Part shown: positions 51,401 to 58,075 of the stretch, in pieces
Position numbering within the stretch: position 1 is the first letter of the stretch
Layout: every line of letters starts with the position of its first letter
From: Ylistrum balloti
Taxonomy: Eukaryota
Length of the DNA stretch: 64,000 nt
NCBI RefSeq assembly: GCF_031769215.1
Contig: NW_026781914.1
Coordinates: forward strand, 248,001 to 312,000
Direction: 5' to 3'
Notes under the pieces: model-generated
Told to the model about the DNA's origin: nothing
Seen by the model: the letters and a program-made list of their open reading frames with translations, nothing else
Databases searched by the model: none
Translations under genes and position numbers: made by a program

Positions 51401-52497
51401 TAATCTGCGAATTGGTATAGCCAACGGCGCCAGAAATCGCAACAGAATCCCTTCAATAGAAGACACAACTGTCAAGATCTAATCAAACAAGCAATATCAC
51501 TTAATAAACAAGCTATATTACAGTACAATACCAAGAAATAAGCAGGACAAAGTGTCTGTTTACACGTCTACCAATATTTATTAGCCGAATTAATCACCCT
51601 GACTCCCGGTAATGGATGGTAGCTACCTAACTGAACGGGGACTATCACATACCGTCCAGAGAAATCGGGGTAAAGTTTCTTGACCAATAACACAATGATA
51701 ATAGCACAGGACGGTCCGTTTCTCAGATTCCTGGGAAAACAGCTCCGAGAGTGTACGTCGATTCTTCCATCTCAACCTAACCCTATCCCTACCCTTACGC
51801 CACATGGCACACTTTCTATTGCAATACACAAACGGTACCAACAAAAACGATACATATCTAATGCAAACCATACAACAGCAAAATATACCATTTTGGTGTG
51901 CAATATGTTTTCGTATATTAAAGGTATTACAATGAAAAAAAACAAGTTGATCAAAACTGGTTAAGTGTCCTGTATTCAGTTGCTATGAAGTAGTTATTTT
52001 GAAGATTTAATTCAATATGAAATGATGTTTTTGTAGACGAGGTCATGTGGAAGCTTTTATTACCAAAATAAAAATTATTTATGTTCTATCTAATCAACCA
52101 TAGCAAGTGTCAATGTATGACATTATGGCGTATTAGTAATTCTGGATAGATTGTGTGGATACCAATTTTCATCTGTTGGTGAATTGGAGAAAATAAACTG
52201 AAGTTGAATTTAAATTTAATTGATTCAGTATCTCTATGACCTGATGAATATATAAGGGAAACCAACCTTCTCCTGTGGTGGCGTAACAGACTTGAAACTG
52301 ACCATCACACCCTTTGTCAACCCAGACAGCACCATGAGACGTTGGACCGTACGTCACATCCTGTTGACATGCACCCTGGGACAGATCCCTCATCAGTGAC
52401 ATCGAGAAGACAGCCACACTTCCGAGTCCAGGCCGGCATTCGTGTCGTTTGGACTCTTTGTCCCCGCAGCGTATAATGGCGCATGTCTGCGTCTCAG
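6239..52497 (-). CDS. Large secreted Cys-rich protein, FCGBP/zonadhesin/Sfp1-like: DUF3011/ADEL-like lectin, EGF, VWD-C8-TIL-TILa, 37 EGF, VWD-C8-TIL-TILa-EGF; 5'-incomplete
   Basis: 49 exons with canonical AG/GT whose phases chain without a frameshift (6,743 nt with the longer form of exon 9538) to TGA at 6241-6239. No transmembrane segment seen. AATAAA twice ~140 nt after the stop. Signal-peptide exon not located. Linkage of exon 52267-52497 is inferred from phase and strand across a 7.8-kb intron. Confidence 0.9.
6743..6913. mobile_element. Tc1/mariner (pogo/Tigger-type) MITE
   Basis: TIRs CAACCGAACCTCGTTATCTCGAACTC / GAGTTCGAGATAACGAATTTCGACTG, with TA on both flanks (6741-6742, 6914-6915). 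Confidence 0.85.
7266..7462 (-). CDS. Exon: TIL domain 2
   Basis: IKCKENMRYSDTVSGCPATCMHPNQTCDLPTSDGCECQPGYVLDGDKCVKPEMCGCVCP; 197 bp, phase 1/0. Confidence 0.93.
7713..8011 (-). CDS. Exon: C8 domain 2
   Basis: MCGLLDLSRVESPFRKC...YQACVRDVC...FALECSQRGFTIRYRTSTFC; 299 bp, phase 2/1. Confidence 0.92.
8040..8182. repeat. ~39-bp tandem repeat, ~3 copies
   Basis: acaagataaacataaacaagagtgagacacaggatttac. Confidence 0.8.
8233..8555 (-). CDS. Exon: VWD-2 C-half
   Basis: VNGYLRYTPNF...[35 protein letters not shown]...; 323 bp, phase 0/2. Confidence 0.93.
8825..9066 (-). CDS. Exon: VWD-2 N-half with GDPH
   Basis: RCVCTASGDPHVRTHDGESIDVTNACRYILTK...STWVKSVDIQIYDTKLSLGSDYKFY; 242 bp, phase 1/0. Confidence 0.93.
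9538..9645 (-). CDS. EGF array exon 37 (A-like; 108 bp, or 102 bp with the acceptor at 9639)
   Basis: (KG)YCRGRKCAENAVCDDGRCVCKGGYYGDGEVECK; two AAG acceptors 6 nt apart. Confidence 0.85.
9845..9952 (-). CDS. EGF array exon 36 (B)
   Basis: LGLCGGRKCADYGTCENFRCGCRHGYYGDGYNFCD. Confidence 0.9.
10229..10330 (-). CDS. EGF array exon 35 (A)
   Basis: FCNGRLCVENADCANGTCTCHQGYHGNGYLKCE. Confidence 0.9.
10537..10644 (-). CDS. EGF array exon 34 (B)
   Basis: EGICNGLPCAPNAYCNNYMCLCERGYFGNGYKKCN. Confidence 0.9.
10770..10985 (-). mobile_element. Dispersed repeat, probable Penelope-like 3' end (copy 1)
   Basis: Reverse complement of the core GTCGATGAAGCAGAAAACGCT...CTTTCCGGA shared with five other loci. 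Confidence 0.65.
11216..11317 (-). CDS. EGF array exon 33 (A)
   Basis: LCGGRKCVDHAECRQDTCFCEEGYHGNGFFKCE. Confidence 0.9.
11595..13140. repeat. 34-bp minisatellite, >40 copies
   Basis: accgtcacacttagttacattctgttctatatct. Confidence 0.97.
13215..13322 (-). CDS. EGF array exon 32 (B)
   Basis: VEYCGGKQCAANAECSNYVCRCKQGYIGDGTTKCE. Confidence 0.9.
13714..13815 (-). CDS. EGF array exon 31 (A)
   Basis: LCKGRKCTSFAYCSQGSCMCKEGYHGNGYQKCE. Confidence 0.9.
13997..14104 (-). CDS. EGF array exon 30 (B)
   Basis: NGICGGQRCVANSECTNFQCVCKEGFVGNGRTFCE. Confidence 0.9.
14279..14380 (-). CDS. EGF array exon 29 (A)
   Basis: ICGGQICTDNAECHDGKCTCISGYHGDGYIRCE; weak donor GTGTGT. Confidence 0.88.
14634..14741 (-). 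CDS. EGF array exon 28 (B)
   Basis: DGFCDGKTCAAFAHCVNFQCVCMTGYRGDGYDECD. Confidence 0.9.
14884..14985 (-). CDS. EGF array exon 27 (A)
   Basis: LCGTIKCVEFASCIDDKCVCDKGYHGDGNTRCE. Confidence 0.9.
15115..15222 (-). CDS. EGF array exon 26 (B)
   Basis: TTVCGGKECSVNAECVNFQCQCQQGYVGDGIKKCK. Confidence 0.9.
15385..15830. repeat. 30-bp minisatellite, ~15 copies
   Basis: tttagatagcaaagccacacttacagtatg; source of the spurious ORF 15364-15864. Confidence 0.97.
15981..16082 (-). CDS. EGF array exon 25 (A)
   Basis: LCNDRLCVANSICVDNKCQCAEGFHGNGHVLCE. Confidence 0.9.
16386..16493 (-). CDS. EGF array exon 24 (B)
   Basis: NGFCNGDRCAEYAECQNYRCKCRPGYSGDGNTKCT. Confidence 0.9.
16985..17086 (-). CDS. EGF array exon 23 (A)
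   Basis: ICKGIPCVDHAECTESGCKCTQGYHGDGYIKCE. Confidence 0.9.
17413..17520 (-). CDS. EGF array exon 22 (B)
   Basis: SGSCGGKTCTENASCKNYHCLCDPDYYGDGYTRCL; AAG acceptor. Confidence 0.88.
17600..17790. repeat. 50-bp tandem duplication of exon end plus donor, ~4 copies
   Basis: catacataccttcacattgtatgtaggcgtcgccactgtaccctgggtct. Confidence 0.95.
17760..17861 (-). CDS. EGF array exon 21 (A)
   Basis: LCDGRSCVDHSSCIDGKCECDTGYSGDAYIQCE. Confidence 0.9.
18179..18286 (-). CDS. EGF array exon 20 (B)
   Basis: PYLCGRKICTEFAECINYVCKCKKGFHGNGYNKCK. Confidence 0.9.
18655..18756 (-). CDS. EGF array exon 19 (A)
   Basis: LCGGQTCANYAVCKDNKCVCSFGYQGNGLILCE. Confidence 0.9.
19055..19275 (+). mobile_element. Dispersed repeat, probable Penelope-like 3' end (copy 2)
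   Basis: gttggttccgttgttgtata...gacgaagcagaagatacttacctgtccgcaacacttgtcttattc. Confidence 0.65.
19400..20160. repeat. 53/54-bp minisatellite, ~14 copies
   Basis: catacatgtttcagtataaaacttcacatttaatttaattcaaagtctgtttac. Confidence 0.97.
20163..20270 (-). CDS. EGF array exon 18 (B)
   Basis: ASVCDGRTCASFAKCINYECKCNHGYIGDPYNKCE. Confidence 0.9.
20483..20584 (-). CDS. EGF array exon 17 (A)
   Basis: VCDFRRCAEYAYCDANECVCQNGYQGNPYIRCE. Confidence 0.9.
20851..21549. mobile_element. Non-autonomous Helentron/HINE-type element
   Basis: Left end gatcccagagggatc hairpin plus gctcccac; right end gatggtgggctaaaaa (subterminal inverted repeat); internal degenerate repeats of agggaccaaggggaac...gagaaagatc. 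Family call from recalled end structure. Confidence 0.6.
21555..21662 (-). CDS. EGF array exon 16 (B)
   Basis: LGICGGTNCVQNAHCFDYACVCDQGYIGDGYSKCE. Confidence 0.9.
21818..21919 (-). CDS. EGF array exon 15 (A)
   Basis: LCGERICSQHAQCLNDECVCTAGFHGNGYNKCE. Confidence 0.9.
22463..22745. mobile_element. Probable short Helentron/HINE-type element
   Basis: aatgctcccc near the left end, ggacggacgg microsatellite remnant, 3' hairpin atgctcc...ggagcat then A-run. Confidence 0.45.
22771..22878 (-). CDS. EGF array exon 14 (B)
   Basis: VYTCGGKTCVTNAVCINYACQCQTGFIGNGYLECK. Confidence 0.9.
23112..23213 (-). CDS. EGF array exon 13 (A)
   Basis: LCGGERCGGNAECQNGKCVCYDGFHGTPTIRCE; AAG acceptor. Confidence 0.88.
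23270..25010. repeat. 36-38-bp minisatellite
   Basis: tcatacagaaaacatacagatatagtagatgtgtcat; source of spurious ORFs at 23616-25217. Confidence 0.97.
25065..25172 (-). CDS. EGF array exon 12 (B, 7 Cys)
   Basis: LDFCDGRHCCEHATCLYGKCVCSPGYVGDGYVSCK. Confidence 0.88.
25360..25461 (-). CDS. EGF array exon 11 (A)
   Basis: LCSNRRCAKFATCKDGKCRCMEGFHGNGYLQCY; AAG acceptor. Confidence 0.88.
25867..25974 (-). CDS. EGF array exon 10 (B)
   Basis: TSLCGGKMCSPDAKCLNYQCVCRDGFVGDGYSHCE; weak donor GTACTT. Confidence 0.88.
26126..26227 (-). CDS. EGF array exon 9 (A)
   Basis: LCKGRQCVQNAYCYREECVCTEGYHGNGYLKCE. Confidence 0.9.
26681..26788 (-). CDS. EGF array exon 8 (B)
   Basis: LRVCDGRKCGANAVCVNYQCTCTRGFYGDPYMQCT. 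Confidence 0.9.
26995..28505. repeat. 26/32-bp minisatellite
   Basis: gtatctgagaacgtatttatctatat, with or without caatat. Confidence 0.97.
28730..28831 (-). CDS. EGF array exon 7 (A)
   Basis: LCNGRRCAQRASCIDGECRCDDGFHGDGDVKCE. Confidence 0.9.
28955..29125 (-). mobile_element. Dispersed repeat, probable Penelope-like 3' end (copy 3)
   Basis: ggagaataagacaatgtgttcaggaaggtaagcgtcttctgcttcattgacg. Confidence 0.65.
29762..29869 (-). CDS. EGF array exon 6 (B)
   Basis: DGKCDDAICAKGATCVNSICRCGAGYHGDPYVVCK. Confidence 0.9.
30541..30642 (-). CDS. EGF array exon 5 (A, 7 Cys)
   Basis: LCDGMRCCSNASCQDDRCVCLPGFHGNGYIKCE. Confidence 0.9.
31085..31965. repeat. 50-bp minisatellite, ~17 copies
   Basis: ggtaccacatcacatttgttgtagggagcacctaacctttggagtacctt. 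Confidence 0.95.
32418..32525 (-). CDS. EGF array exon 4 (B)
   Basis: AAVCDGRTCVADAECVNYKCVCQRGYYGDGYHACI. Confidence 0.9.
32578..32836. repeat. 57-bp tandem repeat derived from acceptor plus start of exon 32418-32525
   Basis: caggtgcgactttcacacaccgtgacggttacaaaaaa...; ~4.5 copies. Confidence 0.88.
33246..33347 (-). CDS. EGF array exon 3 (A)
   Basis: LCNRRRCADNAQCVDDNCRCIPGYHGNGYIHCE. Confidence 0.9.
33580..33815. repeat. 48-bp degenerate tandem repeat, ~4.5 copies
   Basis: gaccacgtgacgctgacgaagacattatgatgacagaacgggacatat. Confidence 0.85.
33951..34058 (-). CDS. EGF array exon 2 (type B, 108 bp)
   Basis: IGTCGGESCSENADCINYNCVCRQGYVGDGYDECK. Confidence 0.9.
35154..35255 (-). CDS. EGF array exon 1 (type A, 102 bp)
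   Basis: LCNGTKCGLHARCLDMRCRCGNGYHGNPYVNCE. Confidence 0.9.
35386..35578 (-). CDS. Exon: TILa-like + EGF 1
   Basis: LWKSSLSLDCQTMLTC...QCHEYAACGLQSGRPNCACLDGYFGDGITSCE; 193 bp, phase 0/1. Confidence 0.9.
37785..38280. repeat. 26-bp minisatellite abutting the TIL-1 donor, ~19 copies
   Basis: acaggtaaatgtcctatgtcatactt. Confidence 0.97.
38281..38483 (-). CDS. Exon: TIL domain 1
   Basis: KCPENMRYSTEISGCPATCLDPHRAQTTCSQPLSAGCECLPGYLLSGLACVPMTDCGC; 203 bp, phase 1/0. Confidence 0.93.
38690..38988 (-). CDS. Exon: C8 domain 1
   Basis: CGLLFPARQASSPFQEC...SSCRFDVC...VVCQAMDSMAAECEERGYMVKWRTESFC; 299 bp, phase 2/1. Confidence 0.93.
39760..41543. repeat. Local segmental duplications (B'-exon-A-B-A')
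   Basis: 39760-40098 matches 41006-41342; 40812-41008 matches 41340-41543. Confidence 0.92.
40247..40566 (-). CDS. Exon: VWD-1 C-half
   Basis: INGVAQFFPV...[35 protein letters not shown]...; 320 bp, phase 0/2. Confidence 0.93.
41560..42610 (+). mobile_element. Decayed Penelope-like retroelement RT fragment
   Basis: + strand frames give TFDFSMLYTTIPH, FQQTIGIPMGTNCAPPLADLF, FNFTFRYTDDVLS, VNFPFLDSNI, broken by frameshifts and deletions. Confidence 0.85.
42612..42830 (+). mobile_element. tRNA-derived SINE
   Basis: A-box-like gggttgcgcagtggtaacgc, B-box-like ttcgattcc, central block gggttttccacggctactccagtttcctcc. Confidence 0.7.
43430..43674 (-). CDS. Exon: VWD-1 N-half with GDPH
   Basis: VCTCAAYGDPHLRLYDKQKITVNGPCRYTLTK...NVAYTRSVHVMVNGFVIDLIKDKEVL; 245 bp, phase 1/0. 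Confidence 0.93.
44407..44508 (-). CDS. Exon: EGF-like module
   Basis: LNCDKGCGVNAVCVEGKCHCSKGFYGNPYVKCE; 102 bp, phase 1/1. Confidence 0.9.
44796..45172. repeat. 34-bp G-rich minisatellite, ~11 copies
   Basis: gggacgtgtgctatcataaggagtagcgtgggat. Confidence 0.97.
46745..46950 (-). mobile_element. Dispersed repeat, probable Penelope-like 3' end (copy 4)
   Basis: gaataagccaggtgttccggaagtgtaaacatcttctgcttcatcgacg. Confidence 0.65.
48081..48639. mobile_element. hAT-like MITE with 5-bp TSD
   Basis: TIRs CAGGGCTAGAAAAA / TTTTTCTAACCCTG (1 mismatch); TTATC on both flanks; five subterminal TCACTYRCCCG-type motifs. Confidence 0.8.
48847..49086. mobile_element. Probable Helentron/HINE-type element remnant
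   Basis: ggtcacc near the left end and caggtgaccg...cccatgggcctcttgt at the right end; ttgtccattgtcgtccgt block. Confidence 0.5.
52267..52497 (-). CDS. Exon: DUF3011/ADEL-lectin-like domain
   Basis: ETQTCAIIRCGDKESKRHECRPGLGSVAVFSMSLMRDLSQGACQQDVTYGPTSHGAVWVDKGCDGQFQVCYATTGE; 231 bp, phase 1/1; L-x-R-x-x-S..C..TYG..VWVDKGC..F signature. Confidence 0.75.
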
Positions 52498-53614
52498 CTG
52501 AAAGTAAAGCGCACGCTGTGAAAATAAAATAACACTTTCAAGACCCCCCCCCCCTCCCCCTCCACCCACAAAACCTGTGTTATTTCTTACTGTATGTGTT
52601 TTTGGGAGTGAAGTTATCAGTTTATTAAAAACAAACAAATCGTACTTGCATTCTTATCGATTTAGCATTTCAGATTTTCGTAAATTAAAAAAAAAAGTAT
52701 TTTGGATCCACGTAGGAAGATATCTACTTTTTCATGTTTGGTTTTAGATGAAAAGAATTAGAGCAGAAATGATGCAAGTTTTCTTTTACTTCAGTAAAGA
52801 AATCCTCTTAAAGATATCTTAAAATAAGCAAATAATGATAATAATAATAAAAAACAAAAATGTGTTAGTTCCATTTCGAAAAAAATGTCTATTGTTAAGA
52901 CTATCAATTCGGTGTCCTCTGGACTACTCCGAAAATGACAATCATATCTGTTGGCAAGTCGTGTTCACACAAAACTTTAAAGTCTATATTAGCAGACTTT
53001 AATTGTTTTTCGTCAGAAAGATGGAAGTATTTGGCTCTGGTGAAAATCATCGAGGTCACAACCTGATAAAAGCGCTGACGTTAGTTGCTTTACATAGAGA
53101 GATTATGGCCAATCACTTCATTTTTATCGGCGCACAGCAGAATGAAACAGATCAAATTGCTTTTAATAATCAGCCAGATCTAATAAAACATACATAACAT
53201 CCCTCCCATTACTAATGATGGGGCTTATCTGTTTGTTGTCAATAAACCGTATAACACCAAGGCTCACCAGAGATTTTACCAGCTGTCAACACAGTGTCTT
53301 TATCACGGATAAATTGATCCAATAACTAGAAATGTCAGTTCGATGTTTCACGTTTTTTCTTGAATACGGATCATAAGAAATCTAGAATTCTAGAAAAGCT
53401 TTTAAGATATTCGGCAAATTACATGACTCCAAAGTTATGCAAAGTCAGTTTTAATCGATCGTGTAACAAGCGATTTTCAGAATGGTCTTTCCTAGTCTTC
53501 TCACTTTATGGAGGCGAGACTACATCAGTAACACAATCTGTGTATGTCAGTAAGACAATCAGCAGCATAGGTAAGAAAAACACAGTCTACATTGCTTAAC
53601 CCATCTCGGCCTAC

Positions 53615-54110
53615 ACTGGTAAAACAATTGGTACGACAATTTCGGCATACGTAGTAAAACAATTTCAGCTTAGAGTGGTAAGATTGTCTCAGCCTCCATT
53701 GGTAAAACAATTATAGCTTATAGTGGTAAGATTCTCTCAGTCTCCATTGGTAAAACAATTATAGCTTATAGTGGTAAGATTCTCTCAGTCTCCATTGGTC
53801 AAACAATTATAGATTATAGTGGTAAGACTCTCTCAGTCTCCATTGTTCAAACAATTATAACTTATAGTGGTAAGACTCTCTCAGCCTCCATTGGTAAAAC
53901 AATTATAGCTTATAGTGGTAGACTCTCTCAGCCTCCGTTGGTAAAACAATTATAGCTTATAGTGGTAAGACTCTCTCAGCCTCCATTGGTAAAACAATTT
54001 CAGCTTATAGTGGTAAGATTCTCTCAGCCTCCGTTGGTAAAACAATTATAGCTTATAGTGGAAAGACTGTCTCAGTCTCCATTGGTAAAACAATTTCAGT
54101 CAAAATTTAT
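53615..54110. repeat. 48-bp minisatellite, ~10 copies
   Basis: ggtaaaacaattatagcttatagtggtaagactctctcagcctccatt. Confidence 0.95.
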
Positions 54111-54289
54111 AAGACAATATCAGCCTACGTTGGGAAAATAATTTCAGCATTCATCGCTAAGACAATATCGACTTGCATTGCTAAGACAATTTCAGCTTAA
54201 CTTGAACATTGATCAGACAATCTCAATCACCATAGATAGGAAAATGTCAGCCTACATAATTACGATTATAATATTGGAAATACATAGCG

Positions 54290-54650
54290 GATGTTGAGTT
54301 TTTGCGTTATGTCGTCAACTGAAGGACAAAATCTTAACACAGGGTTTCAAAAGATGCAAGTTTATGAAAATTATGGGAATGTCATAGAAATATTATAGCG
54401 AAATATTCTACTTGTGCGATATAAAGCTGGACGTGTTTGATTCTAGTCCTTCGTCTGCCCGTTGGTTCCGTTGTTGTATACCTTGTTGTTATTTGAGAAT
54501 GTAACATCGCTTATTTGAATTGAGCAAAACCTTATGTCGGATGTAGTAGAAGACGCTTACTCTTCCGGAACACCTGGTCTTATATTTTTTCTTTTTTTTC
54601 ATATTTTGCCTTGATTTTATTGAATTTCAGTTTGGATTATGAATACGTTG
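54290..54650 (+). mobile_element. Dispersed repeat, probable Penelope-like 3' end (copy 5, longest)
   Basis: aaaatcttaacacagggtttc (KILTQGF-like) followed by gtagaagacgcttactcttccggaacacctggtctta. Confidence 0.65.
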
Positions 54651-56409
54651 ACCTTTTTCTTTCTTTTATTTTTTGCTCATTTTTTTCAAAAGCCATGGCA
54701 GGAAAGATTATGGTGTTTTTGAATCAAGCTATATCATGTTATCTGATTATCAGTCATTATCCATTCCAACTGTTTTTAATTTGCAATTACCTATGGGAGG
54801 CCGGCTTTAAGTTAAACTGAAAATAAATCTATGGAAGGTGGACAGCCTTGAGTGTTTATAACGTCCTATTTGGATGTTCAACAGATACAACGGATACCGA
54901 ACTCGCCTTTTCATGTGGGCGACCGATATTTAATTCACCTATCAGACTTAAAATGGTTTATGAATTCGATCACCTGCCAGACCACAGAGTTTTTTTCTCT
55001 GAACATTGCGCGCGTTTGCGTCAGGCCAATTATAATAATGAATGTAATGAACATTTAGCATGGAGTAGTTTCTTTATTTGCCGTTTAAAGGGGTTTAACG
55101 CTCGATCGGCGCAATGATACAAAAGTATTGAGAACGACTGTAGGAATAGAAAGTAAATCCCAATGTCTCCGCGTTTTACTGCAATGCATTTGGATCAACA
55201 GGTACGAATATTCGAGTCTACAGCGGAAACTTTAATGAGAAATGAAATGCGAGTGAGGTCGCGAGGAAAGGTTTACCTAATTGGTTTTACATAGTATTCT
55301 GTTTGATAGGTCATAAATTGATACAAAGGAAACGATAGTGAAACAGCGATTTTATGGAAGATACCATCAAAAAAGAAGGGATGTGTTATAAATCCTGTCC
55401 TTGATATTTACAAAGGATAAGTAGCACTATGAAGTGTATTGTGTATCATACCAGGTGTTTTGTATGCCTTAATTCTATGTACTTCGTCGACATTAGTCGG
55501 GCACTTGCAGTTTAGCGTGAGAACGTCGCCTTTAATAAAAGTAATATATGAGTTATTAAAAACATAAGATCGAGAAGCTCCTTTCAATAATCCATGTTAA
55601 TGTTGAACTGTGTTATCTGTACAGACACCGTGTCGCCAATCAACAACGAGTGTCTATCAACGCTTCTGTATCATCCGGACGACGTGGCGATATAGGTGTG
55701 GTAATCAGTAGTAATGAAGAATGTGTGTTAAAACGGATATAAAGGCACAGCATAAGAAATGCTTATTATGATTCCCTATTTAGAGAAAATGTCTGAGTGT
55801 ATAGATAAATGAAGCACCACTATATTGTGATAATGTTTATTTCCTGCTCTACATTATATACTACAATACACGTAATGTAAAAAGCATTTTTGTCCTTGTG
55901 TACATATGTTTGGTTGACTTTTAGTGAACTTTGGATTTCAACGCAGCATAGACAAGTCTCAAATGTGAGAAACAACTGTATGATGCTGTTAAGTTCGCTG
56001 TGTGACTCTACTGCACCTTATCTAAATCATATTAATAGGTGATATTAACTAGTGTGTCTTTTGAACGATTTTATATGTAAATGACTTAAATGAATTTTGT
56101 TAATTTTGGCCGGATACTGCTGTTCCAATGAACATTAGTAGCAGCACGTTTAAACTGTTCATAAGAAATTGTGAAGACGTTTTCTTGTTTTTTTTTATGA
56201 TTTTTGATCCAATAGATATAGAAATAGCCATCCTGACAATTTTTTATTCAGAATATACAATAATCTGGGAAAGATGGAGAGAAGGAGAAAGACGGAGAAT
56301 TTTAATAGAATGACCAGCAGTCACAGTAACACTCAATATAAGTTTTTTTTTTAAGATGAGAAGTGAAATACGCCACAACGGGCTATCAAAAGGCCTGTCT
56401 GATAACAGA

Positions 56410-56600
56410 AACTAGATATAACGATTGACACCAAGGTAAAGAAAAGACTGAGGGCGCCATTGGCACCAGGGCGGGAAAAAAGGTTGACGGCACCATCGGC
56501 ACCTAACGGTGAAAAGATTGATGGCACCATTGACTTTTGACGGAGGGAAAGATTGATGTCTAATGACACCAGGACGGAGAATGATTGAAGGCATCATTGG
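56410..56600. repeat. Degenerate ~33-bp tandem repeat
   Basis: Recurrent ggcaccatyggcacc...gaaaagattga. Confidence 0.6.
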
Positions 56601-57189
56601 TAGATACTAAAATACGGTGGAAGTGGTAACCGGCTGTCATGCACTAAGGATGGAATATCAGCTTAATTCAGACAGTTCTGAATAGTACGTGTTCGAAAAA
56701 TTGATGACAAATTCTTATCGGAAATAGCTTAAATGACAACATCTAAAACGATGAATCTATGGTATAAAATAAAGAAAAGCGCAGTTCCTGGATAACTCGA
56801 ATAGTTGTGATCCCAATCAGCGGACCCTGCAGGCGATGACGTTTAAAGGAAACTTACAAACGTTCCACGCGGGCAGGGTGAAAGAGAAAAATTACAAAGA
56901 AACTATGTCATATTATGACAACATCTTGGGTCCATTTCACCTGAAATACCCGTATGTGAGATTGGAGACAAATCTGGTCACAAAGTAGCCAAGGTAGTAA
57001 GTTGATGTTCTGCTGCTTTAGATATGCTTAAGCAATATGTGGCCGTCTGTTGTCCTGCTGCAAAATAATGTTATTCAGGCAATAACTGATAAACTGTTTA
57101 ATGCGATAACGCATAACTTCGCAGTAGTTGCGCACAATGGTCAAGCTGCCATCCACTAACCAATGGAGTCCCTCCATGTGTTGTAATAC

Positions 57190-58075
57190 CATCCCACACC
57201 ATAATGTTCGCTCCGTCGATCTCCGACCAGTTCCTTCTTGTCCCGAATTCCACTCTGGTCCTCTCCGACAGGTTCCTTCTTGTCCTGATCTCCAGTCCGG
57301 CCCTCACTGAATAGTTCCTTCTCGTCCTAAATTCTATCCCGGTCCTCATCGACCAGTCCTTTCTTGTTCTGATCATCTTTCCTGTCTTAACCAGCCAGTT
57401 CCTTCTTGACCTGAACTTCCTTCCGGCCCTCTCCGATCAGTTCCTTCTTGACCTGAACTGCACTCAGGCCCTGTCCGACCATTTATTTCTTGTCCTTATC
57501 TCCAGCTCTTCCCTCATCGACACGTTAACTCTTGTCCTATCTCCACTCCAGCCCTCACCGACTATTTCCTTCTGGTCCCGAATTCTACTCCGGTCCTCTC
57601 CGACCAGTTCATTCTTGTCCTGTTCTCCAGTCCGGTCCTCTCCGACCAGTTCCTTCTTGTCCTCGGGGCCAGGTCTTCCCTCATCGACCAGTTACCCTTG
57701 TCCTAATCTTTACTCCGGCCCTTACCGACCAGTTCCTTCTGGTCTTGAAAACCACTTCGACCCTTACCGACTTACTTCGTCTTGTCCTGAACTCCATTCC
57801 AGCCCTCACCGACCAGTTCCTTCTGGTCTTACCCTCACCGACTAACTCGTCTTGTCCTGAACTCCATTCCAGCCCTCACCGACCACTTCCTTCTGGTCTT
57901 GAAAACCACTTCGGCCCTCACAGATTAACTCCGTCTTGTCCTGAACTCCATTCCAGCCCTCACCGACCAGTTCCTTCTTGTCTTGAAAACCACTTCGGCC
58001 CTCACCGATTAACTCCGTCTTGTCCTGAACTCCATTCCAGCCCTCACCGACCAGTTCCTTCTAATCCTGATATCC
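57190..58075. repeat. Degenerate pyrimidine-rich ~42-bp tandem repeat
   Basis: ccctcaccgaccagttccttcttgtcctgaactccattccag; source of ORF 57532-58101. Confidence 0.9.

Noticed and set aside
51623-51964. Overlapping ORFs near the lectin-like exon as an additional exon
   Set aside because: Phase-1 reading from candidate acceptors hits stops; no recognisable motif.
53520-53570. Candidate signal peptide MLLIVLLTYTDCVTD on -
   Set aside because: Short; the only nearby GT is a weak phase-0 site, which would put exon 52267-52497 in a frame with a stop.
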